IMG/VR virus record: IMGVR_UViG_3300018475_000004
Source: a virus
Taxonomy: Duplodnaviria > Heunggongvirae > Uroviricota > Caudoviricetes
Length of the DNA stretch: 64,000 nucleotides
Strand: one strand, 5' to 3'
Shown here piece by piece: positions 40,681 to 55,277 of the stretch (positions are counted from its first letter, which is position 1; each line of letters opens with the position of its first letter). The position numbers and the translations under genes were made by a program. The notes beneath the pieces are model-generated. The model worked only from the letters and a program-made list of their open reading frames with translations. It did no database searches and was not told where the DNA came from.

Positions 40681-43526
40681 TAATCTTCAACCTCCTGTGC
40701 CAAAGCATATTCAAGTGCTTCTATATATTTTGCATAAGCAGATTCAATTTGTTGTAAACTAGCATCAATTTGTTCTCTGGTAGATTCTGCATCACCAGTG
40801 ACAGCTTCCCAATTCTCAATTGCAGCCTGCCAAGTTGCTTTAGCATTTCTAACTGCACTACTACTAGTCTCAACATCATATCCTAAGAATTTAACACGAT
40901 AAGCCATCTCAACCATTAAACCAGTGCCAATATAAATTCCATCAATTTTATCAACACCAGTAATCGCATCAATTCTACTGTGAGTACCAGAAGATTTATT
41001 GATACGACCATTATTATAAGAATTAGTAGGCCACCATTTATCTAATTCGATGCCAGGTGATTTTCTACCATCGAATTTGATTTCATCCTCATACTCGCCA
41101 TCACCATTTACAATCTTTAGACGATAATCAGGCTTACCCATGGGAGAACGAGGTTTACCGCTATAATAAGTTCCTGAATTTCCGACTTGATAAATTACAC
41201 TAGCATCCCATTCAGTATCATATATACGATCGGTGAACTGTGGATTAAAGAACCAAACTCCGTTACTATCTTTATAAATCTGACGAATTGGTCTTTCGCT
41301 AATTCGCAAATAATGGAATCTACCAGTCTATCGACGAATATCTTCCAAAAAAGAAATAAGATTAGCATTAAAGCCAGTGCCAATAAATTGTCTAAATTCG
41401 TCTTGTACTGCGATGCTTGTAATCTTACTAAAATTATCAGTAGGATTACTATCATAATAACAGAAAGTTAAATATGCGTCTCTCCAATCATCGGTCTCAG
41501 GTTTCTTAGTATAATCTAATTTATCAATATCTGCGGATTTTAATAAAGTAATTGAAGTAATTGGTTTATCCTGTACTTGTACATAATAAGTACCCGTATA
41601 GCCAATTTCAATTTCAACATTACCATATCCATCTTCAAAGTTTAATGCAAAAATTGTTCCAGGAGCGACACCAGTAAAGCTAGCTCGATAAATTGCGGGA
41701 GTGGTAATTTTATTACCTTCTGCACTAAATCCTTGTACATCTTTTTTGGGATCTGCGGCGTCCGCAAGTCTAATCTAACCGATTTTCAGATCGCGATTAT
41801 CTCTATCAGGAGCAGAAATAAATCCATATGTATTTAGATTATCAAAAGTGCATTCCGCAATCTCGTAAGCAGTTCCGCTAAAGCTATGAAGCATACGTCC
41901 CACTACATCAAGTGGAGACATGGATACATTCATAATACGAACAATAAAATTACCCTCGCTAGGAGAGCGGAACAACTTAGGCTTGCCATTTGTTAGCCAA
42001 GACAAAGCCTCCATTTTAAATTCGCGTTCTCTGCGTAAATTATCCATAGTTACATGAGTATCTCCTGGACCGATAATTTCATCGCCATTAGCCTAAGAAC
42101 GATATAATAACTTCTCAGTCTAAATACCTTTTAAGAAGAACTCATTTGGATCACTAATGAGAGATAATAATCCAGATACAGGGAATTCTTTATATTCTAC
42201 ATTACCATTTCTAAATACGAATGGATATTTACCGCCTAAAGTATCAATTTTAGATTCCAAAACAGTAGACTTAAAAGAAGTAACCTTTGGATTAAATCTA
42301 ATCTTTAATTGACGAGAGCCATCAAATAAGAACATATCTTCAAAATCAACTGTAATAGTTTCTGGAGTGCTGTCAAAATAATATCCTCTGCGGTATTCAT
42401 CATAACCATCAGGCTCTTCATAGTCGCCTGCGGCATTCATATCATTGTCACGATAAGCTAGTGTCCATTTATGATTTATCATTCGATTAGAAAATAATCC
42501 TTGAGCATTGAATGCTTGAATAGAATAAACATATTGAACACCTTGTTGCACAGTAAAATCTTCCCAAAGGATTAAATCATTCTTATCCCAAAAATCTGGG
42601 TGAGTTGTTAATAAGTCCGCAGATTCTCCAATATCTCCATATACATGAAGATTTTTATAAGAGAATCGGTAAATCTCATTCCAGCTATCAAAATTATCTT
42701 CGCTAGAAGAACGAGACAAAACAAAGCTACCATCAATAACACCATGCTTCACTTTTGGACGTAAACTTAAACGAATAAAACCATCTTCAAAATTAGAAGT
42801 GGCAATTAAATCACATTTCTCTTGAAGAGAAGAGTCTACGCTTTCTTGAGTAACAATTGGATAACTTTGACTTTCACATTCTAATCCATTGGTAGTAGTT
42901 ACTTTATAAGTAAGATAATAAGGAACTCCTTCTTTCAAATTCTTTCGCAAAACCCAGTGGTCATGCATCTCTTCTGGCTCCGTATCATAAGAGCTATTAT
43001 GAATTTGAGTTCCGCTTGTAGAAACAATATTTCCATCAATGTCCCTTAATTCAAAACAATAAGAGTAAGCTTTTTCTGTTGTATCATACTTATTACCTTC
43101 GCTTGGCTGTTGATAAACACCAACATATTCATAACTATTAGATAAATTATCACTTTGTCCCTAAACTTTTACGATGGGGTATGTAGTACATTTAATAATT
43201 CCTACGGTAGAATAATAACCCACAGTATTATCCTTAGAAACAAAAGCAATTTGAACTTTATAAAAAGTACCAAATTTTATTTCATTTTTCTTTTCAGATA
43301 AAATAAAGTTAGCATGATAATTACCCGTAGCTTTATTGTATATATATTGACCACTAAAAGTACCAATCTCTCTGTTGGTTTTTACAGTTTTAATTTTCAA
43401 TTTTAGTGGAGTGGCTTCATTCAAATCAGATAGAGCAACTGCACGATTCAACATAAAAGGAATATTCATTGAGGTTCCCGCAAAAGCAGGTAATTTACCA
43501 TCTATAACAGGTGGATGTAATTTCAT
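40680..43526 (-). CDS. Large tail/baseplate protein (948 aa, 5 TAGs)
   Basis: Fragments 43161..43526, 42120..42968, 41775..42047 and 40680..41309 lie in one frame, joined by TAGs at 43161, 42120, 42093, 41775 and 41328. Ribosome-binding site AAAGGAG 8 nt before the ATG at 43526. Confidence 0.6.
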
Positions 43527-43588
43527 AACTCTAACTCCTTTCTCTCTAAAAAATTGGGCTACTGGAAAATTTCCAGTAGCCCATATAA

Positions 43589-43954
43589 TTACTTAATCAT
43601 GAACAATAATGCTTCCATCTGGGCAGCAGTCATTGTCATACCAGGATCGAGATCATCATAACTAATCATAGCAATGTCAACCTCTTGCTCAATATTAAAC
43701 AACTGAGTTAATTCAGCTTGGGCCTTATCAACATTTTCAGGTTCGACGGTATATCCACCATTTTCATTTTGAACGCCGAGTTCTTTAGCAACATTCAAAC
43801 GAGCCTCTTCAATTTCTTGAGCTAAACCCAATAAAGTCTTTTTATTCTTCTGTAAGAAGAAATTCAATTTAACAGGTAATTTTTGATTACCATCACTGAA
43901 AGCCTCCATAAGGTGACTTGCAGTATTATAAATTTCTAAATTTGTCATTTTCAT
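43589..43954 (-). CDS. Hypothetical structural protein (121 aa)
   Basis: Intact ORF; ribosome-binding site AAGGAG; TAA stop. Confidence 0.55.
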   Translation of the reverse strand: MKMTNLEIYNTASHLMEAFSDGNQKLPVKLNFFLQKNKKTLLGLAQEIEEARLNVAKELGVQNENGGYTVEPENVDKAQAELTQLFNIEQEVDIAMISYDDLDPGMTMTAAQMEALLFMIK

Positions 43955-43979
43955 AACGTATATCTCCTTTTTCTCCTTT

Positions 43980-46900
43980 TTAATCTTTAATAGTAACAGC
44001 TACTTGAATTGTACCAGAAGTTGAAACATCTTTTGTTTGAGATTTATCTTTAGTACAATAAGTATAGTAAGAACCTGATGGCGGACTACCAGCTGTTTCA
44101 GTAGTAGAAAAATAACCTCCAGAAGGTTGTGTATATGTATAACAACAAATTGTCTAAGATGCTGTAACAGTTTTATTATCTGTTGTTGTTACTGTATAAA
44201 CCCCATCTGTTCCACCAGTTACTGTTGTATCACTAGCTCCAGAAGTCACAGATACTGTAACGCTATCTTTTATTATTGATTTTATATATGCCTCTAAGCT
44301 TACAACACTACCATTACCATCTGCTACATTAACAGAAGCGGTCTTAGTACCACCTAAATAAACGCTACTAGCATATAAACCAGCGGTATTATCACCTGCT
44401 GAAAATAGTAAAGCTCCAGAAGAATTTTCTGCTGATAAATAATGACCTTTTACTTTTGCTCCTGAAGTAAATAACACTTGAGTATTATAGTCTTCCATGC
44501 CATTCGATTCTAGCGCACCAACAATTTGATAAGCAGTTATTTTTGAAGCATTTATTTTATTAGCATAAAAAGCCGTTAAAGCACTTACTGAAACACGACC
44601 ATCATCTGAAAAATATAAATAATTACCAGTACCAGAACCAAAATATATTTTATTATTACCATTTAAATAAATATTGCCAGAAACGGTCTTTCCATCCACA
44701 GTTCCTCCGATATATAAAGAATCAATTACAGTACAAGTGGTAAAAGATCCATTTGTTAAACTACAACCAAAACCTTTCATAATACCCGCTGGAGTGACAC
44801 TAAATCCACCAGTACCTGTGGGAGCTCCATCGCCGCTCTAAATATCACAATTTATAATTTTTGCATTTTTAATTACAACCTCTTTGTTATCAGCATATAA
44901 CTGATAACCAGTTTCTCCTGAGGTTGGACCTACTTTTAACACGCCACCTTCAATAGTAGCACCTGAAATAGTACCACCTGTCAAAACACCACTAACAGTT
45001 AAACTACCAAGAGTACCGCTAGTTGCATGAATTGCTCCGGTAAATTTACCACCTTGTGAATAAAAATTGCCGGCCCAATCAACTTTAAAATTAGGAATTA
45101 TATCTTCTGGATCATCATTTTCAGGATCATAGGTTTTATCAATTGTACCTATCCACAAAGGATATTGTGCGGCACTACTATCAATTCTTAATTGACCAGT
45201 AGAAGCATTACCAGCTTTTAAATTAAATGTATAAGCTGTAAATTCTCCAGTACCAAGATTAATTTCCATACCTGTTCCAGGAGTACCAGCAGCCTCTCGA
45301 ATAAAAGTATTAGAACGAATATATTGTCCCGCTTCAGAAATATGCATTAAAGTTATATCATTACCAACAATTTCTAAATAAGGTTTTGTTACTGTTCCGC
45401 TAGTACTCAATTTAACTCTACTAGAAACTAATGAAAAATTAAAAGCATCAATTTTACCAGTAGATAAATCAATTTTCATACCAGATTCAGGTTCACCAGC
45501 TGCAGTCTCACTATAATCAGCAGATTTTAGCCAGAACTTAGTACCACCAATATGCATAAGCATATTGTTACAATTATCTTTAATAACAAAATAAGGTTTA
45601 CTTGAATCTTTTGAATTTAACATTACATTCTTTGAAGTTAAATAAAAATCAAATGCATCTAATGTACCATTTTTTAAATCCAATCGCATACCGGTACCAG
45701 TAGTATCAGTAGTTGGTGTAGTTAAGCCATTAGATTCAGTCTCATTCAAAGTAAATTTTGTTTCATTATATTCGTCAGATTGTAAATAATATCCTTCTTT
45801 CTCTCCGCCGATAAACATTAAAGTTTTACCTTTAACACTATCAATCTTGAAATAAGGACTTTTTACATCAATATGAATATGACTTGCAGTATCTGCTACA
45901 TACTTACCAGTAGTAGCATCAATTTTAGCTCCCTTCATGTCAATGATACCATCATCTAAATCAATTTTCATTCCAGAAGAATCTTTTGCTTGTTCATACG
46001 AAGCACTTGTAATAGTACCTGTATTTCCATCAAACTTGATTCTACCTCTACCAGATTTACCGATAAAAGCAGTACCATCAACATTGAAATTAAAGCTTTG
46101 CGCTCCTTTGTGGAAACCATATAAGCCTACGCCAGTAGCATTATCTTCAGAGGCGGTATTTACATCGCCCAGTAAAACACCTTCAAATTGGTTTTCTGAG
46201 TTCTTGCGGCCCGCACCTACCATAGTAGACATAATAGTTCCATTCTCTTCATCAATAACTAGACTACCGTCCCATTTATTGATCATAGCAGAAGCGTATC
46301 TATTTTTCATACAATAAATTGGCTGAGCCCAAATTACTACTGCATCCTCATCTTCACAAGTAACAACTGGATAAACCATTGTACCACCATTATTTTCTAA
46401 GAAAATATGACAAGGAATCAAGCAATTTCGCTCATTCAATTTAGGCATATAACTTTGTAAAACAGCATATTGTGATTGACCCCAATCTGTGGCAGTCATA
46501 ATATCGCCATTTTCTTTATAATACATAATCTTCCAAGTTACACCAGTAACTTCAGAATCAGCTTCATGGATTACATTACCATCAGCATCAGTTTCTTCCT
46601 TACGTCTAAAAATCTTATATGGATTTTTATAATAAGTAGGATTAACTCCATCAGAGTTATAAACTACAATACCAGGACCTTCAATATAATAATTTCCAGC
46701 TGTATAAGGAACAGTATAAATAGAAATTAAATTGATAATTTCACCTAATTCATCAATAGGGTAAGGGACTGTCGCTTTCAAAATACCATTATAGTATTTT
46801 TGCAATGGACCTTCGCTCTCTTTTAAGGTGATATTAATTCTTTCAACACCATATCCTTTAGGATCACTATTGTAGACTGGTGCGGCATAATATCCAGTAG

Positions 46901-49559
46901 GACCAATCCATTCTAAACTTGCTAAGTATGGATCTGGATTATCAACTGCCGGAGCACTATCCAAAATCTTAATTCGATTATTATCATAATCATATAATGC
47001 CAGACCAAGAGGAAGATTAGCTCCATCTTCTAATACACCATCTGCCGCAGCTTTTGCGGTATTAGGAGAAATTACTAAAGTATAATCTGTTCCAGAAGTA
47101 CCAAAGCTACTAAATATTAAAGAAATCTCTGCATTGCAGTCATAATAATTAGGTTTTACAACTCTACAATAAATTGTATTATTTGTAAAACTTTGAGAAT
47201 AATAATCTTTTATGCGGTATGTAAAATATCTGTCTCGATTTGCAATTTCATAATGAACTTTTCCATCTTCGTCAGTGCTTTCTGTACCACCGATTGTTTT
47301 ATAGAAGCATACATAACCAGTCTTAGAATAAGGAGAAGTTACTCCAGGCATAGCCTTTTCATCATTAGACCAAGAACTGTCAAAATCTTCAAGTTCATAT
47401 TTCAACATAGTTGAATTTTTAGGAATGTACCAGAAAATCTGCGCTCCGTATAATGCTTCATCACCTGCGGTCAAGCCCTCATAGCGCAATAACAGTTCGC
47501 GTTTACGATAACCATCGGCCGCATTTACTAATAAGTTATTTAATCCATAAACTTGATAAGAAGGTTGAGAGTTATCTCCATGCTCAATGCGACAAGCATC
47601 AGCCTAGTCTACAATCTTCTCATCTACAGGAGGATTTGCATTTGTAAAAGTTAGAATATTACTCTTATACATATTATGATTAAAGAATAATACTGCCATA
47701 TATTTTTCTTCTACGTATTGAGTATCTAATTCTACTTCTAAAATTCCTTCTGGATTTAATGTTTTTTTAGCATTATAAATACTATCTTCACTTAGTTTTG
47801 CAGAAGGCAATCCAACATTTAATTTTTTTGATAATCTATGCCATCCTGTTTCAAGGAATCTTTCTTCTAAGTTAGCATAACCAGGTTCATACCGATACCA
47901 GTAAATACAGTATTTATTATCATATTCACTAAAATCAGTTCTTCCATAAGGCTCAAAATTATAACCTGGCAGGAAGAAAGCATCCATCTTATTGGCATCA
48001 TCAGCTAATAATGCATTCAGCTGATCGATATAACCAGTAATTGACTTTTTGACTTTTTCAATACGAGCCTCATAAGTATCATATATACTTACAAAACCAG
48101 TATATTTATCTTTTATTTCAGTCTCTGTTGCTGACAATAAAGCATCTGTATCCCCAATAACAGAATTTACTTTTTCTTTTATCTTATCAATTGTAACAGT
48201 TTGATTTGGTTTAGCTACAACAATACCATCTTGAATTTTTTTTGCCGCAGATAAAATTGTAGCATATTCTTCTGTCATAGTTTTTTGATCTTCTTCAATT
48301 TGCTAACCGACAATTGAAATTTCAGATAACAGAAGTTCAAAATCGTCTTTAAAAGTCTCAATTGATTGAATCTAATCTCGATAAGAAGTTAAGTTATTTC
48401 TTAAATCTCTTGTTAAAGCATTACGAAGATTTTTGAAAATCGGTTGAGCCTCTTCAATATCAGCTGAAATCCCTAATGCAATTTCATCATTAGGAACGTC
48501 CTTGCCCATTTGAGCGACCAAACGACTATCAACTTCACTTATTTCTAAATAAGTAATTTCATCATAACCGGGGTCATAAATACCATCACTAAAACCAATA
48601 TAAGTATTATCTTCGTCTTTATTATACCATAGCAATCCGATGTCACGAGAATTACTACCATCGTCGCTAATATTATAAATAGCACTATCGCCAGTATAAA
48701 TTTGTAAAGTATTATCTTCTACTTTAGTTAAATCTGAGCCAAAACTCAAATAAATATTCTTCACAAGAATATTACTGAAATCAACCGCAGGTAACCGCTC
48801 AGGGAAACCTTTATCATTATAAAATTCAAAATCATCATTTTGATATAAAAATAATTGAAGACTTTCAATTGTGCCCAATCCAGAAATATCGAATGTGGCT
48901 TCTTGTGTAGAATATACCATAAATGCATATGGATTACCAAACATATCTGTGGAATCTAATGATACCCATTGACTAATTGTTTGGCTATTATCATTTGTTG
49001 GTCTAACATCTAATCGTAAAATTAAACCATAAGTACCTGTTTTCATTTTATAATTAGATAAAAGACATTTAAAATCTGCCTTTAGATTAAGAGTATTATA
49101 AATACTGTTAGTTTGTAAATCTTTATAATCTGAATTAGATAAATTTACACTCCAAAGAGGAAGTTGAGTTTCATCGCCATTTGCGGTAATGCCCCAAGCA
49201 TCTACTTTACCTGGAATCAGATTATCAGTCATATCAACAACAGTTTCAGATGGAGAAATATAAGTTAAGGGATCACTGTCATCATTATAAGAATATTTAC
49301 CACTAATATAACAGTTACCCAAATCGCCTTTAATAGCAAGAACTCTTACAGTATCTCCGACATTATAATATCTACTATTGGCATCGGTTTTGGCAGTAAA
49401 TTTTGCGGCACCATCAGTTACCTGATATATGCCACTTTTCTTTTCTGTATTATCAGTAACAGTACAAATAATTGTAGTATCCATTTGGATATTTCGAATA
49501 CGCTATTCTACAACTATATCAACTGCTTTTAACAGTTCCTCAGCATAATCTATTACCAC
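43980..49559 (-). CDS. Giant tail fibre/baseplate protein (about 1859 aa, 6 TAGs) with internal tandem domains of about 70 aa
   Basis: Fragments 48372..49484, 47604..48278, 44838..47489 and 44154..44780 lie in one frame, joined by TAGs at 49503, 48372, 48303, 47604, 44838 and 44154. GTG start at 49559 follows AAAGGAG. Repeats GMKIDLxxGxIDAxxF...KPYxxI. Confidence 0.55.
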
Positions 49560-49589
49560 AACCAATATCTCCTTTCTCTCTTATAATCT

Positions 49590-49618
49590 ATTATATCATA
49601 AAAATTTAGAAAAGTCAA
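49590..49618 (-). promoter_or_regulatory. SigA-consensus promoter TTGACT-N17-TGaTATAAT (minus strand) driving the giant fibre gene
   Basis: Reverse complement reads TTGACTtttctaaatttttatgaTATAAT, then the ribosome-binding site and GTG. Confidence 0.5.
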
Positions 49619-49635
49619 TTTTTTATATTAGACCA

Positions 49636-49674
49636 AATAAGAAAAAGGGTAGGTTGTATTTCTACAACCTACCC
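49636..49674 (-). terminator. Rho-independent terminator (minus strand)
   Basis: 12-bp stem GGGTAGGTTGTA/TACAACCTACCC followed on the minus strand by a T-rich run. Confidence 0.6.
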
Positions 49675-49680
49675 AAAAAT

Positions 49681-52600
49681 TTATTTACGGTTAGCGTATT
49701 GAGAAGCACGATTGACGATAGAAGTCAAAGCAGCTTCAATTTCATATCTATCAGTTACTTCAGGGAAGCTAGCTTCAATATGAACATTTTGCTCTAATAC
49801 CTCAGAAGTTTGAGGAGCGTAATATCCAGGACTATGTAACAATCCACCTAGCTGAGAAGCAGTGCTTTGTAAGTCAATCATCTTGATAATACTACGCAAT
49901 ACTTCCATACTTGCTAAAAAGTTTTCAGTTTCACCTGGATTCAAAATCAATTCTTTTTCATGTAACATAGCGAACTTACCATAAGAACCCCAAGCTCCAG
50001 TATAACCACCAGTATCAAAACTAGAATAAGCATACTTACTTAAGTCAGAAATTCCATAACGAGTACGCCAATCTCCATTAGGATTAGTAATATCAACAAT
50101 ACGCTGGATTTCTTCGGGATCAAATCCTTTTTCATCCAACCGGTTGCGGCGGGTAGTACCGTTACCCCAACCAAAACCACCATTCCAAATTGCGAGAGCA
50201 ACTCCTTGCTTAGTAGTGTCACTATATTCTGGAGCACTTGCTTCTTTAGTACTAGTTCCAGAAGATGTGCTTGCTGTACTAGAACCTCGACCACTACCAC
50301 TAGAAGAATTACCAGAATTAGAACTTCCACTACTACCTCCGCTAGAAGAAGAACTTCCAGAAGTACCAGTTCCAGGAGGAGTGTAAGGATTAGGTTCATT
50401 GCCAATACGTACCATAAGAGTTTCATGATCCGCAATCAGTCCCTGAATCTATTGTCTTAAATTAGCGTATTTACCAGTCAATTCACTAACTTGATCCAAT
50501 TCAGACTCAATAGCGTCAATAACGCCGCCATCTTTTACGATAGAATCAGTTAAAGCATCATTAGCATCTGTAATATCTTTAACGTTATCTTCAAGAGTAT
50601 CAAGATTTGGTCCAAGAGTCTCATTAGTAATAGTATCAACATTTTCTTCCCATTCGTCAAATGCAAGATTTACATTACCAACATATTCAGTAACTGCGCG
50701 CATCCAATCTTCAGTATTGAAAATCATTTCGCTATAATCAGAAGACCAAGCATCTGCAATGACTCGACTATCTGTAGTCAATGCTATTTGATGCAGAGAA
50801 GAATAACTCTTCAATTTTTCATAATAATATTCCTTAGCTTTTAACATAGCATCTTGATATTCAGCTTCAGTTTCGAATTCACCACTCAAATACTGCTCTT
50901 GGAGTTCAGTAAATGTATCATACATTTCACTCATGGTTTGCTGATACTTTTCACTATATTCATTAGCGCCTTCCAATCCAATATTATATAAACTATTTTG
51001 TGCGTCTTCTAACTCTTGTTGCGCTTCGGCCAACTTATCTTGATCTGCGGTATATACATAACCAAGATTGCCTTCATTATCACGCTTTAATCTAACAACA
51101 GTTTTCGCATCACGAGCATCTTCTAGAGCCATCTCAGCCAATAATAAATTATATTTTGCTTGCTGAATTTCTAACTCGTATTTACTTAACTTTGTTTGAT
51201 CTTGCAATTGCTTAGTTTCATTAATAAATCCTTTTAGTTTTTGCTTTGCAATACTACTAGTGGAATTATCAATAGCTTGCTGTGCAACGCGCATCAACTT
51301 ATTAGTCTCATAAATTTGGTTAGTCGTTGTTAAATATTCTTCTTGTAGACTAGCTGCTCGCTCCATAGAAGTAGTTAAAGTATCAAAAGATGTGCCTCCG
51401 GTCAGAGCGTTCTCTAAATTTTGAGCGAAACCAGATAGTTTATTCTCCAGTATTGCTCGTAATGCATCAGCCCACTCTTCAGTTTTATCAAGCATATCTT
51501 GTTGAGCTTCCATGGCAGCAGCATTAGCAGCTTCCCATTCTTTCTGATATACTTCTGCAGCTTCAGTATTTCCTGTGGCAATAGCCTAATCAAGCAATTT
51601 CTTCTTTTCATCTGCTTCAGATTGATACATAGCATATGCTTCTTTAGCAACCTTCATTTGATTTTCAATAGTTTTTGCTTGACCTTCAAGAATAATTCCT
51701 AAACCGTTATAGTCAGTTTCTTTGCCAAGAATTTCCATTAAAGATTGATAATGTTCTAGAACTTCAGTTTGATGCTCCATACGGTCAGTATACTTCGCTA
51801 ATTCTTCCTAGGCCATATTTAGAGTTTTACTATAATACTCTTTCATAGTATTATCTAATTCAACTAAAGAACTTAAATTATCTCTAATACCAGAACGGAC
51901 TTCTTCTAAGCCTTCTTGATACATTGCTTCAGTAATTTCTCCTGCGACATAAGCTTTATTTAATCCTTGAAGAGAAGATTCATATTCTTCTAAATTAGAA
52001 ATATACTCAGTCAATTGACTATTTCCTTTTGGATTTGCTATTAAAGCAGCAGCTTCAGCCATAGAATAAAAATCATCTTCAATCTTAGATAAATAATAAT
52101 TAATTATTTCTAAATCTTCTTCATTAAAACCAATATGAAGCTCTAAACCGTCCATTATAATATCATAATTATTTTGCATAATCTAATCTTGAAGATCTTC
52201 AATGTTAATACCCAATTCTTCAAATAATTCTTTACTCTCTTCGTATAACTCCATTGCATCTTCAATGTTTTGGATCTTATTTTTTAGAGGGTCAAGAATA
52301 GTTTCTTCATAAGACTCTTGAGCTTCACCAGTAGCAAGAGAATTGTAACGAGATTCTGCGGCAGCTAACTGATTATAAAGGACAGTCATCTAGTCAGTGT
52401 AATTAGTAATATTACCTTTATCATCAAATGAGAAGGCTAATCCCGCTGCAGCTGCAGCCTATTGTAAAGCAACTTGATCTTGTTTCATATAGCGTTCTGC
52501 TTGACGCTATTTTTCAGCTAACAATTCTTGCTACTCTTCAATTAAAGCATTTTGTTCACGAAGAGCATCTAAACGATGTTCGCCCCATAATCTATCTGCA

Positions 52601-55176
52601 GATTTAGAAGCTCTATCATATTCATCAGATAAATCATCAAGCGCATCATCAATTTCTTTATATCTTTTTACTACATCAGTTTGTTTAGTGGTATCCATCT
52701 ATTTTGGTTTAGAAGGTTCTTTTGCTTTACTACCACTACTACCACCACCGCCACTGCCTGATGATACAGGTTTTCTGGTTGTATTAGTTGGACTTGGAGT
52801 TCTAGAAGCAGTTGGAGCTTTATGAGCACCATTTATCTAAATACCACGAACTTTACCTTCTTCACCCGCAGCGTTCTCAGTGACAACTTCAGTAGCAGTT
52901 GCAGTATCTTGAGTTTGATAACTTACTGGATCAACACTTACAGACTTCTAATAACTAACCATATTAGTACCATAAATTAATGGTCCAAAACCATTTGTCA
53001 TAGGCACTGCCGCAATAGACGGATGATTAGTAGTTGTAACAGTTTCAGTGAAATTTACATTATCAACTGTACGTGGAGTAGCTTCAGTTTCAGTCGTTGA
53101 TGTTTGAGAGAAAGAAGTAGCTTGTACTACACGAGAACCAGCTTGCTCTGCAATAGCTGCCATTTCTTCCATCGTACCATAGAAATCACTAACATCAGCA
53201 TCGATGTTCAAACCACTTAACAAAGCTTCAATGTCAGCTGCAGTTGCACCTGCGGCAACCTTTGCTTCAATTAAAGACCATAGCATTGGCATATTGTCTA
53301 AATCAATATAAGCACCATCATTAAATGCATTTAATTCAGCCATTAAGCCATCAAGTGTAATTCCATCAATACCTTCAATCTATAATTTTATAAAAGCCTC
53401 TCTAATTCTATCAATAGCTTCAACACTACCGTTTGCAGCTGCTTCGAAATCTGCTGGATTAATTGCTGCCATTAAATCTGCATCAATTAAATCTTCTGTA
53501 GTGCCAAGCAAACCTGCCAAAGAAGTTCTTAAAGATCTAGCAGATTTTTCATTTAATAGGTTAGCTTTTTCTAAAGGAGTTGAAGCTTTTCTTGCTGCTT
53601 TTAAAACATCTATATAATCATCATAATTATCATAAATATCAGTAATAGCTTCGTTAAGTTCCATATAACGAACAGTAGCATCTTTAACAGCTTCTTCATT
53701 GTCTTTTAAAGCTTCTGTGCCTGCTTCACCAGCATCTGCCATTTCACGGAAAGCATCTGCTACATCATTAGCGGCTTCTACATCTAACCCTTCAGCCTCA
53801 AATTCCACATCCATTACGGATTCAATTGCTTTATTATATGCTTCAGCATTAATTAATCCTTCGCGAAGCATATCATTTAAATCTCCAACTGTAGTTGCAG
53901 ACATAGCATATGCATCCATATTACGTTGGATTTCTGCATCAAACCCTTCAGTTACTTGAGATAAATTATCCCATTGCCAAGCATTTTCTTCAAGTTCGTT
54001 GCGAATTTCTCTTAATTGACGTTGGGTTAATTGTCTACCAGCTTCAATCTCTTGAATATAGCTATCAAGATTTTCTAAATCAGAACCAATTGCTTTTAAG
54101 AAAGTTAATTGATCTCCTAATTTATCATTATCTTGTTTAATCATACCTATCATATTAGTATCCATTGTAGCAATAGAATCCTTATCATAGGTACTATTTT
54201 GTAAATTATTTACATCTGCTTTTTGACCGCGTAAAGCGTCAATATTATTTTGGAATTGTTCTAAAGTTTTAGCATTAACAACATCATAGAATTCTTTTGC
54301 ATCAGCAGTTAATTTATAAGACCCATCTGCCATTTGAACAAAATAGTCAGACATATTAATGCCCATAGTTTTAAGATTATCATAATCTTCACTAGAAATA
54401 GTATCTCCAGTTTTAAGATCATCAATAATCTCATGAGCAGTTTTATAAATATCGGCCGCACCGTCAAAACCAATGTTTTGACCCTCTTGCATTAAGTCTA
54501 TTAAGTTTTCTAGCTCATTAGCAAAACCATCAGTTTCAATGCCTGCGTCTTCTAAAATTGCAGTTAAATCTTCAATATTAGTAGTTTGCCAATCAACATT
54601 TGCTAAGATTGCAGCCATTTTTCCAGCATCTTGACCAGACTTCTCAAACATTACATTTAAACTATTCTATAGAGAATCTAAACCTTCAACTCCACCCTTG
54701 GCGAAAGCATCTTGGAAGAGATCTGCCATTTGATTAGTTTGTTCTAAAGTCAAATCATCAAAAATACCAGAATCCATAGAATTTTTAAATGCTTTTTTTG
54801 CAGTGCTAGTTAAATGTTTACCAACATCATCCCAAGCATCTTCACCATCTTCAATGGCCTATTCAATTCCTGCCTATAAAGCTTCTATGGAATCATACCC
54901 CAAAGCCTTTAATTCAGCTTCATCAATAACACCATCAGCACCACCAAAAGCTTCATTTAAATAAGCAGTTTTATCTTCTGCTGATTCATATTCATTTTTT
55001 AAATCATCAAACTCAGCTCTAGTTGATTTTTCAACATTTTCATAAGCGATAATATTTTTTAATGCCTAAGCAGCTTCATTACCAGAATTATTTAATTCAT
55101 TAAATATTCCTAGTAATACATTTGCTGAATCAGCTAATAAATTATTTGCTTCTGCAGCTGCAACTGCCGCAGCCAT
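49681..55176 (-). CDS. Second giant tail protein (about 1830 aa, at least 16 TAGs); possibly the distal part of a split tape-measure protein
   Basis: Fragments 53380..54651, 52948..53343, 52183..52389, 51808..52179, 51586..51780, 50449..51513 and 49681..50415 are all in one frame, joined by TAGs. Ser/Gly linker then a C-terminal globular domain. The frame opens at 55308; the first ATG is at 55176 and has no clear ribosome-binding site. Confidence 0.5.
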
Positions 55177-55277
55177 TGTAGCCAAATCAACATTAGCTTC
55201 TTGCTTCTTACCCTCTTCATCATAATACTCATAGTCAACAGTATTATCTTTTCTAAAATTGGTGGCTTTAATTCCTC

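Noticed and set aside
50040-50460. ORFs 50040..50435(-), 50144..50386(+) and 50206..50460(+) encoding Leu/Val-rich or Arg/Thr-rich peptides
   Set aside because: These are alternative-frame or antisense readings of the Ser/Gly-rich linker region of the large minus-strand gene. They are low-complexity artefacts.
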